Shown one piece after another: positions 33,105-43,568 of a stretch of DNA of 43,568 nucleotides. A model generated the notes under the pieces. The model had not been told where the DNA came from. It did not search any database and was given only the letters and a program-made list of their open reading frames with translations. Both the position numbers and the translations under genes were made by a program. Each line of letters opens with the position of its first letter. The first letter of the stretch is position 1. The DNA comes from Azolla caroliniana (lineage: Eukaryota; Plantae; Polypodiophyta): assembly GCA_043228905.1 (NCBI GenBank), contig JBHGNT010000262.1:1-43568 (forward strand). The letters run 5' to 3'.

Positions 33105-34263
33105 ACACTCGGTTTAACTACATTCTGCTTGGATCTTTAGATCGAGCACCTATCTAATGGAATTCTTCTTCATCAGAGCTCTTATATCCATAAAATATTA
33201 AAACAGTTTTCTATGAATCAAGCTCATTCTATTAGAATTCCTATGGTAGTGCGCTCTTTGAACCATTCTCGTGACCCATTTCGGCCAAGATCTTATGACG
33301 AGTTAGCATTGGGACCACAATATCCTTACATGGCTAATTGTACACATCCGAACATTTTGTTCGTTGTCAATTTGTTGGCTCGGTATAGTCACGATCCTAC
33401 CAAGCGACACTGGATTGGAATTAAACAGATTTTCCGATATTTACGAGGCACTAAAGATATGGGTCTTTTCTTTACCACCAGTTCTATGCACGATCAATTG
33501 ACCAATTATTTTGACATTGGGTTCTTATCTGACCCTCATGTTGGCAGACCACAAACAGGTTATGTTTTCCTTGTTGGTGGCATAACGATCTTTTGGTGAT
33601 CAACAAAGCTGACATTGGCTGCAACATCTTCAAATCATGTTGAGATATTGGCATTACATGAAGCAAGTTGAGAATGCCTATAATACAACACTTAATCGAG
33701 CATATTGAAAGTTCTTGCAATTTTATCAACCCCTCATTACCAATGGTTATCTATGAAGAAGGGCTTCATTAAAGGTGATCGAATCAACCATATTTCTCCC
33801 AAGTTTTTCTTTACTCGTGAGCTCAATGATAATATATCAACATCCAACCTATTACATCAAGCAAGAACTTGGTAGATGGCGAATATTTTTACCAAAAGCT
33901 TGCCTGCATCAAAACATTGGTTGAACATTCCTTCTCTTGGACTTACAAGATGATCAAAGCTTATGAACTAAAACAATGGTGATGAGATTAGGGGGGAGTG
34001 TTATGAACTCATGCATGTAATGACTCATGTTATACCTATCTCAGTCTTAATCTTTAGTTAACAAGTCATGATGTAAATAGTATGCATTAATCCCATCATC
34101 ATCTAGTGGGTCATAAACTCATGTATCTAAATCATTTTGGCATTCTATAGAAGAGGATAGCCTATGAGCTCTATCTAGAGATGATATGTGATTAGTGATC
34201 TGGATTAATATCTAATCACTCTTTGATCTTGTTAATAGTCTATAATCAGTCTATTCTCTAACA
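33105..34263 (+). mobile_element. 3' fragment of a Ty1/copia (RT end, RNase H, PPT, 3' LTR 33999-34263)
   Basis: VNLLARYSHDPTKRHWIGIKQIFRYLRGT, GFLSDPH..QTGYVF, ATSSNH.E; PPT AGGGGGGAG; LTR TGTTA...TAACA. Confidence 0.88.
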
Positions 34264-34904
34264 CCATCTTTTTAAAATTGAACTTCATGTATAGTATAAT
34301 TCATGCACAACATTAAAAGAAAATTGCATAATCTTTTTGAAAGAGTAAATATGTTTTTAATTATGTCAAATGCTAAAAAAAGAAGTAGCATTAATATCTG
34401 AATGATGTTTTTTTATTCTCATTCATATAAGTTTTCATGTTTTAATCTCTTCTCGCCTTTATCCACAAATTATTTTACCATCTCTCCACCTTTATCCACA
34501 TTATTTTGGCAGACAAATAATGTCAAGACCACCTAAAGTCAAGGCATGCTACTGAGTACAAAAAACATTTGAATTCTAAAGATTTCATGATAATCGTATA
34601 TGATATATAACCCCATAGTACTTATGATCTTATCCAAATGCATCAACAATTTTCATCACCTCAACATCATTTCCCTATTTTGCCAATCTTGGGTTGTACT
34701 AAAACATATTATGTTATATCCTCCAATAGCTTATGTTGTTGATTTAGCCATATTATTTTATCAACCAATTGGAGTACATAAGCTTGATTTCAATTTCCAA
34801 CCCCTATTATATACCAAGGCAAAAGAATGTGCAGCATGATCACAAGAGGCTATTTAGGTTGATTTCATTTTGATGGATAAACACAAAAATGCAACTAAAC
34901 TTGG

Positions 34905-35530
34905 TACATGGGATTACACATAAGTAAATTTGAAGTGTGCATGATCCATTATCTTTGAACATTGAGGGATATCATGCATTGCACAATATTGCAATAATAA
35001 ACACAATAGTATTATTTTGAAAAATAGCAAGTATAATACCTGCATCAAAATCTAAAATCCAAGGTTTGGTAATTCAGGTCACTCCTATGGAATAAACATA
35101 AAAACAAAGATAAAGATGGTAATGTAGAGTAATCCCATAGTAAACTTGAAGCGCGCACAATCCATTGAGTTTGAACATCAAAGGAAGGACAGCATGCATT
35201 GCATAATATAGCAATAACAAAGATAAAGATGGTAAGGTAGAGTAATCCCATAGTAAACTTTAAGCGTGCACAATCCGCTGAGTTTGACCATTGAAGGACA
35301 GCATGCATTGGACAATATAGCAATAACAAAGATAAAGATGGTAAGGTAGAGTAATCCCATAGTAAACTTGAAGCGTGCATGATCAATTGGGTTTGAACAT
35401 CAAAGGACAGCATGCATTGCACAATATAGCAATAACAAACACAAAAGTATCATTTTGAAAAGCAAGTCACGTATAAATCCCACATCAAAACCCAGAGTTG
35501 AAGGTTAGGTAATGTGGATCATTCCTATAT
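34905..35530. repeat. ~110-bp tandem repeat (3 good copies plus degenerate flanking copies) downstream of the ARF gene
   Basis: CAAAGATAAAGATGGTAA.GTAGAGTAATCCCATAGTAAACTT starts at 35105, 35218 and 35327; 34905-35100 mirrors 35350-35530. Confidence 0.9.
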
Positions 35531-35948
35531 GTAGAGTAATGAATCAAAATATCAAGCCTTTGTAGTTAATCAAGAACACAAAAATTAAGGTAACCATAAT
35601 AATTACAGGCTTTTCAATAGCATATAAGAATTTCAGTTGATCTAGCCATACCAAATGCATATAAAAGATATAAGGCTAATTTATTCCATAAAAAGATAAT
35701 TTTACCTGAATCATACCAACCAATAATCTTAAACTTCCATGTGGAATACAAAAAGATTGGTTCAAAACTGGGACGGAAATAATATATTACAATCGCCTTT
35801 TATAAAATACCCCCATCATCATCATCATACAACAATGCCAAAACTCTTGCAGAAACTCCCGGTCAAGCACCTCAAAGCATCATATATCGGAATCTGGACT
35901 TCAAAATAAATTAATTCATTTACATCTTGTGTTTTTGTTTTTGGCCTT

Positions 35949-36149
35949 TTATCGCGAAATACCAGATCCACCCACAGATGTTGCTATGCCAGCTGCTTGC
36001 ATTTCCTTCAGTGCAGAAGCCAGCCAATCTAACCCTTCATATAATCCTTCACCTTTAGGTGCACAAGTACCTTGAATATGCCATCTTCTATTCCTAAGAT
36101 TGAAAAGACCAAAAGCTTCACATACTTCAGCTGGTGACAACGCTCCTTT
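35949..36149 (-). CDS. ARFB1: ADP-ribosylation factor (ARFB1-type), terminal coding exon
   Basis: TTGCAG acceptor, then [49 protein letters not shown]...SR*. Confidence 0.93.
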   Translation of the reverse strand, partial: KGALSPAEVCEAFGLFNLRNRRWHIQGTCAPKGEGLYEGLDWLASALKEMQAAGIATSVGGSGISR

Positions 36150-36310
36150 CTGCAATAATGTGTAAACAGAAAAAGAATCAGATTTGAAATGATATTTTTG
36201 CAATGTTTGCTGTATTATGTGACGTTTTAAAAATAAAAAGATTTAGTCACTTTGAGATGAGATGCAGGAGGTTTCCTATTTATTGATGTGAGGTGGTTTT
36301 TTAAGATTAC

Positions 36311-36376
36311 CATGTCTTGCTTATTTGCAAAAACCAATATTGCACTGTTTCTCATCAATGGGTCATTAATAATAGC
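36311..36376 (-). CDS. ARFB1: ADP-ribosylation factor (ARFB1-type), penultimate coding exon (66 bp)
   Basis: AG|AIINDPLMRNSAILVFANKQDM|GT with the G4 NKQD motif; phase 0 on both sides; missed by the ORF track. Confidence 0.93.
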
Positions 36377-37199
36377 CTGCAAAAAGTTATAAAATTTACA
36401 TCATAACATACTGATGGCATTACAATAAGAAGGGAATTTTCTTAAAATAGTTCTGTGAGGACTACTGTAGGAGAAACATACTCTATGAACTCTCTCCTCA
36501 CTCCACTCTAATTGCAGTAATGTTTTACGATACATCCTTTCTAGTCAATTAACACACATAAACATCTACCTTCCTTCAGTAAACATGTTACCAAGCTTTG
36601 CTGATCATACACAAATACCTATTCTCAAGCCCTTAAATCATACTCTGCAGTAGACAGAAAGCATGAAACTTCATTCTCACCAGAAAGAAAGAAAGATATA
36701 TTAACATCTTTTAAGAGGCCAAAATGACCTATAAGACTAAACAAGAGATTATATCTTAAAATGTTGTTTCATCTTTGAGAAGTAAAACCAAAATAAATGT
36801 TGTTTCATCTTTGAGTAAAAAGTAAATAGAAATGGAATTAAGACATAACTAATCAATATCATATTATCTTACATGTCAAGATCTTGTGGACATCAAGGAA
36901 AGCACTTATTCAAAATTGAATTTCATCAGACTGGCAAGGAATAGGTTAATTTTAATGTCACACACTATGTGGCTAGCCAAAGATGGATTATGGTGTTTCA
37001 AACAGGTAGAAATAGGTTTGACATTCCTAAAAGTTATAAACTCTTCTATGATTGTCTGCATTGCAAAGTCCAGTAGTTCACTTCTCAATTTTCACCTAAG
37101 GTTGATTGGTCATTTGCAGAATATAAGATCCTTGTTAAAGACAAACCAAAACAAGTGACATCTATAACAAATTAACCAATAAATACGTTGGAGAAGCTT

Positions 37200-37500
37200 G
37201 CAAGAGAATGTGAATTTTTAAGTCTATGTGGTGGTAACATGTGTTTGGTATGGCTTGACATTCCCATCGTGCATTTTAGGGCTATGTTATTTTAGGGCTA
37301 AGGTGTTCATTTGGAGAGTTATGGTTGGGAGATTACCCCTTGGATATGCTTTAAGGAAGATGAATATTGCTTCTAGATTGTGTTCCTATGTTATCTCTAG
37401 AACATAGTACACATTGTTTTATGACAGGACAAGCGTCTACCAAAGCTCAAATCAGTGTTGGTTCCACCATTTTGAAATAGTGTTTCACTTCTGGAAGTAC
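37200..37500 (+). mobile_element. Short decayed L1 3' fragment (zf-RVT-like) in the ARF intron
   Basis: AKVFIWRVMVGRLPLGYALRK parallels AKVFIWRFFIGGLPLGLALKR at 32870. Confidence 0.7.
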
Positions 37501-37805
37501 TAGGGCTTTGGTATGTTTGGAGGATGTGGAATTCCTTCATATTTGACACACAAGCAGGAGTCCAAAGACATTAGTACTTGATGTTAGAAACTTCTGGATT
37601 GTTGTCTCATGAGAGTTAAATATGTGTTTTGGTCTAGCACCAAATTCAAATAATGTGTTAGCATCTCCAACAACAGTACCCATATTGATCCTTATGGTCT
37701 CTTGGTGTTGAGATCTTTGTATTTTCCATTCCATTTAAGAGAAGAGAGGGAGGGGGAGAAAGAAAGGAAGGAAGATATATTAACATCTTTTAAGAGCATA
37801 AAAAT

Positions 37806-39390
37806 CATCCGACAATTCCTCTTGTATGGTGACTATGCTTTCTTCATCCATATTATAGAAATTGTCACCGGTTTTCGGCGTAAAATGTTGTCAAATTCTC
37901 CACCACTTGTCCTATGAAGTGTCCACCTTGGTCGCTTATCAGCTCAATCGGACACCCGAACCGGCAACACCATAAATACTCATACAAAAACTTTGTCATG
38001 AATGCCGCGGAGTTGTCCCGGAGCGTCTTTGCCTCGACCCACTTTATGCAATAACCCGTCACCACTACGATGTACTGATTTCTGGTCCGCATTGCTGCCG
38101 GTTTAAATGGTCCTACAAAGTCCAGTCCCCATTTCTGGAACGGTTCTAGTGGGAGTACCGGCTAGTGTGGCATGTGTGCTTGTTCTGTTGGTTGCCCCAT
38201 TCGTTGACACAAATCGCACTCCTTACAGTACCGTACCGAATCGTTTAGGGTGGTCAGCCACCACAAGCCACTCCGCCAAATTTTCCGCACCGTCGCATCT
38301 CCGGCGTAATGTCCTCCAGCTACTCCACAGTGCGTTTCTTGGAGTACCGCCTCCTTTTCATTGCTCCGGACCGCTTGTCTCCACACTCCATCAGCTCCCT
38401 TGTGATAAAGTGTATCCGATAGTAGGCAAAAATGCCTACTTTGCACCACTAGACGCTTCCGTTCATCCCGGTTCATCTCCTCCAGTGGTAGTCCGGTACA
38501 TAGGAATTGGTGCAGATCCATCATCCATCTGTCTTCGACAGGTACTAATTCCTCTCCGACCTCCGACCTCCTCCGCGGTGATCTTGAATAATTGTGCATC
38601 CGGAAATTCGTCCCAAATGCCATCACCGGACTCGCCGGATTCCAACCAGCTCAAGTAATCCGCAACAGCGTGTTGCACTCCGGATCAATGGTAGATGTCG
38701 AACTCAAACTCCTGCAGCAATAAGGTCCATCTAGCTAGTTTCCTAGTGAGCGATGCCTTGGCCACAAGGTACACCAATGCCGAGTGATCGACATGGAACA
38801 AAAACTCCCAGCCCAACATGTAGTGTCGGTACTTGGTAACACTATATACCATGCCGAGCGTTTCTCGTTCCGTTGTAGAATAGTTCCTTTCAGCCTTCGA
38901 GAGCTTCGGCTCGCATAATATACCGGCCGGTACCATTTTGGCTTCGTAAGTTGCATTAACACACTGCCGATGGCCACATCCGACGCATCCACAAACACAT
39001 GGATATCTTTCGACCAGTCGGGTGGTTGTACTACCGGGGCCTGTGATAGCATCACCTTCAGCACTTGATACGCTTTTTCCTCCTGCTCCGCCCATTGAAA
39101 CGGCAGTCAGTGTACCACGGCATGTAGTGGGTTGGCGAAGTCCACCAAATATCGGAGCATCCGGCTGTACCACCGGATTTGTCCAAGAAATCGACTCAGT
39201 GCTTTTGCGTTTGTCGGTGCCGGCGCTTGTAAAATTGCTTTGACTTTGTCCGGATCCACCGCAATCCCGTCCTTGCTACCAATATGCCCTAACAACGCTC
39301 CGCTGGTGACCCCGAATACACATTTGGCCAGATTCAAGCACAATCGGACAGTTCTGCATTTTTCTAGACACACAGCAGCCCACTCCCTTA
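37806..39390 (-). mobile_element. Non-chromovirus Ty3/gypsy pol fragment (RT end, RNase H, integrase) in the ARF intron, no LTRs
   Basis: LNLAKCVFG..LLGH, FLGQIRWY, HVFVDASDVAIG, NYSTTERE, H..VAGGHY..CKECDLCQ, ISDQGGHF. Sharp GC-rich island. Confidence 0.9.
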
Positions 39391-39699
39391 GTGTTTTGGA
39401 TCTAACCACGTCATCACATCATCTCTTTCACTATTATGTTGTTTTCTAAAGGAGGTCTATAAAAAGGGGAGCCATTCTACAATGGAGGAAGAAAATGAGC
39501 CATCAGATGTTTGCTTTGGAGGTTGGACAAGGTTATAACAACAATATGACAAAGTAACGGTGTTCTTGCCTATTGAAGGTAAGCCCAAATTGGGTGATGA
39601 GAACGACAGAGTTTCATCGTGAAGAATTTCTGTCTCGTCAAGTGATTGTGCACAGGACAGCAGGTTACCTTCTTGCTGAATTTGTTTTAAAATTGTTGA

Positions 39700-41011
39700 G
39701 TGCAAACATGAGTATTACCTCCTCTGATCTCAAAAGCTTGTTTGAGATCAAGAGACCTATAGCATGCCAAATTGTAGGCCACTCTCTTGTCCAATGGATC
39801 CAAACTCAAAGCTATCTCGTGAAGACAATTCTCTCATATTTGAAGATATCACAAAATGTAGAAGGTTAATTGGGTCCCTTCTTCCCTTAACTTACACCAG
39901 GCCTGATTTGTCCTATAGCGTGAGTATTCTCAGCTAATTCTCAAGTGCTCCAAGACAAAGTCATTGGCAAGCAGCTATTCGAGTACTTCGGTATTTGGCC
40001 AACACACTCAACTATGGCCTGTCTTTTAGAGATGGCATTGAGCTTGTTGGCTACTCAGATGCTGATTGGGCAGATGATATTGATTCTAGAAGGTCCACAT
40101 CTGGCTATTGTTTTATGTTAGGTTCAGGCTTGATTTCTTGGAAATCAAAGAAGCAAAACTTAGTTTCTACTTCATCGATGGAAGCTGAATATCGCACCTA
40201 CTTGGATACTTGCTGTGAGTTGCTATGGTTAATGCAATTGTTTTCTCACATCAATGTTTTGCAAGGCTCTCATATTGCAGTTTTCACCAACAGCCAAAGT
40301 GCTCGTGCCTTGACACATAGCTTAGCATTTCATGGTAGAACAAACCATATCGAAGTGCACTACCATTTTGTTCGTGAATTAGTGAAATCACAAGTCATCA
40401 ACTTGGCATATTGTCCTACTCAAGAAAATGTGGCTGATTTATTTACTAAGCCACTTCCAAGGCAAGCCATTGGTCAGCGCCTCGGTGGACTCAATGTTGG
40501 ACCGCCGTTTTGGAGCTGAGAGGAGGTGTTGGAGGGTGGCAACTCAAGACTTGCACTCTCTTTCATCTTTATTATATCTGTTCTACATTCTCTCTCTTCC
40601 TAGATTCTTCTCTCTCTTCCTAGATTCTTCTCTCTCTAGAATCTGCAACTCTCTAAATGCTTTCTCTCTCTAGAATCTGCAACGCTTTAAATGTCTTTTC
40701 TCACTTCCACTTTTTCCAAGATATTCCCTCTTATTCTTAGTTTATTGTACCTGTTTGGTAGTATAAGAGTCACTTAACTACCAAACAACCATTTCACCCA
40801 CTTTCCCCAATTTTGTATAAATAGGCTATACCTGCCTCTTTTGTAAAGACTGTTACTTTTGTTGCTACTTAAAAACAAGCTCTCTCTTTGGCTGTGTCTC
40901 TACTCATTGCAACCATTTTTTCTACTGCTGTCTAACAGCCTTCTCACAGCTTGGCTGTGTCTATTTTGTTCTAACAACTGTTCCACTGCTGCTATTAACA
41001 GCTTTTCTCAC
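39700..41011 (+). mobile_element. 3' fragment of a Ty1/copia (RT end, RNase H, PPT, 3' LTR from 40527; right boundary approximate)
   Basis: GYSDADWADDIDSRRSTSGY, STSSMEAEY and ADLFTKPL in ORF 39995-40519; GAGAGGAGG then TGTTGG; TATAAATA near 40817. Confidence 0.85.
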
Positions 41012-41149
41012 AATCTCATCTTGGAGAACAAACCAAAATCAATATAGATAGATAAAAATAGAAGTGACTAGAGAAGCCCATTGTGACTATAGAAGTGACA
41101 TGTACGCTTCTCATGTCAAACAGATTGTAATTTCTGTCTTCAGAAGATC

Positions 41150-42020
41150 TCAAGCATAGATCGATTCAGAATGGAGATATATCCAAAGTGAGGGAAGCAT
41201 TTGCAATGGCAGGAGGAGATAATGGCGTTTTATTTGGGGATGATAAGGGCAGCAAGATTGTGGTCCACAAGGCTGGGGCCTACATGCACAAAAAATTGTT
41301 ATTGCTAGATCTATTGTAACCCTTTTGCAATGTCTTGATCGTGAGCCCACTTGTGTAGTCCTTGATTGACTTGTCGTATAAGTAGGAGTAATGGGGCTAA
41401 AGAAAGTTGTCATTGTCCTTTGTTGATGAGCTTGTGTGCTTCTATTCTTCTCTCAGCAACCTATGTCACTTGAGTTCTAGCAAAAACAGCCCCACACAAC
41501 ATTGATCCTCATATTTCATTACCTCTCTTAGTGGGCCAAACCCTTGGTTAACGAGGCAATGGTATCTCCTTCTTCTTTTTTAAATAATAGTGTCATAGTA
41601 TAGTGTTCTTCATATTCCACTCTTTGATGACACAATTAGTAGATTCTTTTTTCCAAAGGTGTGCATGCATATATTCCTACCTCAATGTTGAATTGATGTG
41701 ACTAAATTTGCAGCTTCCCTATGACACTACGAAGCACATGAGATAGATGCATGTCCATATAAGAGGGCCTGATGATGAATAACATAACAGCCAACCTTAA
41801 GCATCTTCATTTCAGCAGCACTGAGAGCCATTGGATACCACTCACTAATTGGAATAATGTCTTGGTGATTATTGGGGAATTCTCATCTTCGCCCAAATTT
41901 TTTCATGGGGTTCCAGGGCACCAAATATTGGGACAAAAGGTCTCTCCAACTCCTTCCGTTTATTTGCCTTGTTAAGGCTCAGTCATCAGGTTTTTATTCC
42001 ATAGAGAAGAGTAGGAAATT
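41150..42020 (-). mobile_element. Highly decayed RTEX-like LINE 3' fragment (copy 1)
   Basis: PTLLYG near 42000; LFLLELK*HR parallels KYILELKQHR at 30480; blocks match copy 2 at an offset of about 770 bp. Confidence 0.6.
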
Positions 42021-42029
42021 TTCAATATC

Positions 42030-42860
42030 GGGTGAAACTGGACTTCATTTATTTGCGTTGTGGCCTACAGGCACGACATATTGTAACCCCTTTCAAGTGT
42101 CGTGGTGGAGAATACATGTGGGTAGTCCTTGACTGATTTGTGGCATGAGAACGAGTGACGAGGTAAAGAAAGTTGTAATTGTTCTCTATCGATGAGCTCT
42201 TGTGGATGTATTATTGTCCTTCAGCAACTTCTATGTCTCCTGAGTTCTAGTTAGACCGAGCACCATTGGTAATTGTAGTCTATGATCTTGCATGGTTGGC
42301 CAAAGCCTTGTTTGGAGAGGCAGTTCCATCTCCCTTTTATTTCATATCAAGTGTGGCAGACATAGTGTTCAGGTGTGAACAATCCAAGTTATATTGCAAC
42401 GGGGATAGTATGTTTATAATTGACCATGAGACTTACATTTCAGCATACCAGCAATGCATGTCTCCATTTTCAGCCAGGTGTTTTGATGACCAAAGTGTCA
42501 ATCTTGAGTATCCATTGGGAGCTCCCAAATCAGTTGAATATTGATCACTGGTCAGAATAATGTTTGGTCATATTTGGGGCTGCACCTATCGCCACCTAGA
42601 TTATATCATAGCGAACTGATGCGTGCTCCTATCAAGTTTGCAATCATCACAACTAAAGATATCTAAATCTGTCCAGTAATGAACTCAATGAAGACCCGGT
42701 TCCCGAATTTCTACTCCATAGAGAAGAGTTGGTATTAAATGCATATCAAACCAGAGTTTAGCTCATGGTCCTTGGAACTGGATAAGAGCATATTGTCTTT
42801 CAAGGGTACCAAGGGCTGCATATTCACAAGAAAGACTCAAGAACAGGAAGCCTCTATGAA
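42030..42860 (-). mobile_element. Highly decayed RTEX-like LINE 3' fragment (copy 2)
   Basis: LERQYALIQFQGP*AKLWFD..PTLLYG parallels LERQCHQAYFQEPRTKGWLFD..PSLMYA at 29580-29680. Confidence 0.65.
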
Positions 42861-43294
42861 TGTTACTGGTAGATATATGTAGGATTGTGTGCATGGCACC
42901 TTTTCCTTTCCCAAGAAGAATTCCAATTCTGATCTCATTACCCATGCTTGAGTGGTGTTAAACACCATCATTTTCTATAAAATTACTTTAAAACATTTAG
43001 ATTTCTTTGTTAGCCTATGGAGAGACGGAGTTGGCATCAGTAATATTGGTATGGCTACCCCTACTAAGCATGCTCTTGATTTTGACAACGCTTGTATGAC
43101 TTCCTCTAGGATGTGAGTGTGTGGTATCGCTGTAATGTTTTAGCATACAATTAATGTGGCTATGTGTTTTCACAAAAGAAAAGCATCAAACTTCATTCTC
43201 TAGGCATATCATCACCTACTATCCTCAACCTTCTATAGACTTTCATCTTGATTGCCTATGACTCGAAGAACATCAACAGTCATCCGAAACATAC

Positions 43295-43354
43295 CTGAAA
43301 TTCCGCACATGCCTTCCCTATCCTTTCTCTGTCCAGAGAATCAACAACATAAAT
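43295..43354 (-). CDS. ARFB1: ADP-ribosylation factor (ARFB1-type), internal coding exon (60 bp); upstream exons lie outside the window
   Basis: ATGCAG|IYVVDSLDRERIGKACAEFQ|GTAT joins in frame to the 36376 exon. Confidence 0.92.
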
Positions 43355-43568
43355 CTGCATTACCATTCAAAAACATATTAAGATACGTGTTCAAATTGAT
43401 AAAAACTAAGAAACACTTTCAAGTTTTGATTCTTAATTAATTCCCACTCGCATCCAATACTCCAGCTGACACCTAATAGAAAAGTAAACCTTTTAGGTCA
43501 TACGTGCATATCCATGAACAAATACAGATTATGCCAACTGACAGCTCTATGAATTTTATGTTTCTATG

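Noticed and set aside
36150-36203. N-terminal part of ORF 35949-36203 as coding
   Set aside because: It lies upstream of the AG acceptor at 36151-36150 and is intron sequence.
36683-37805. Repeated AGATATATTAACATCTTTTAAGAG near 36695 and 37773 as a TSD around the L1 fragment
   Set aside because: The intervening 1.1 kb is not a single recognisable element; more likely a small local duplication or dispersed repeat.

Overview
Eukaryotic, almost certainly land-plant nuclear DNA. A seed-free plant such as a fern is inferred from the element lineages, not shown directly. About 35 kb is a pile of nested retrotransposons. The remaining ~8 kb holds the last three coding exons of an ARFB1-type ADP-ribosylation factor gene on the minus strand, including a 6.9-kb intron filled with TE relics. 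Target-site duplications resolve two nests. (i) An old non-chromovirus Ty3/gypsy element (8430-21855) carries a solo LTR (9655-15177, TSD CTCTG), which itself carries a Tcn1-like chromovirus (9978-14758, TSD CCATC); the same old element also carries an intact Ty1/copia with apparently identical LTRs (15760-21188, TSD CAGCG). (ii) An L1 LINE carries a decayed copia (22853-31884) whose 3' LTR (CT)n tract carries an RTEX-like LINE. Most notable signals: the chromovirus has no tRNA PBS but has a Tf1-style self-priming geometry; both of its LTRs contain an antisense tRNA-like A-box/B-box module with canonical spacing; and the RTEX-like LINEs carry a C-terminal PIP-box-like motif. All comparisons were made by eye, and clade names come from motif recognition, not searches.
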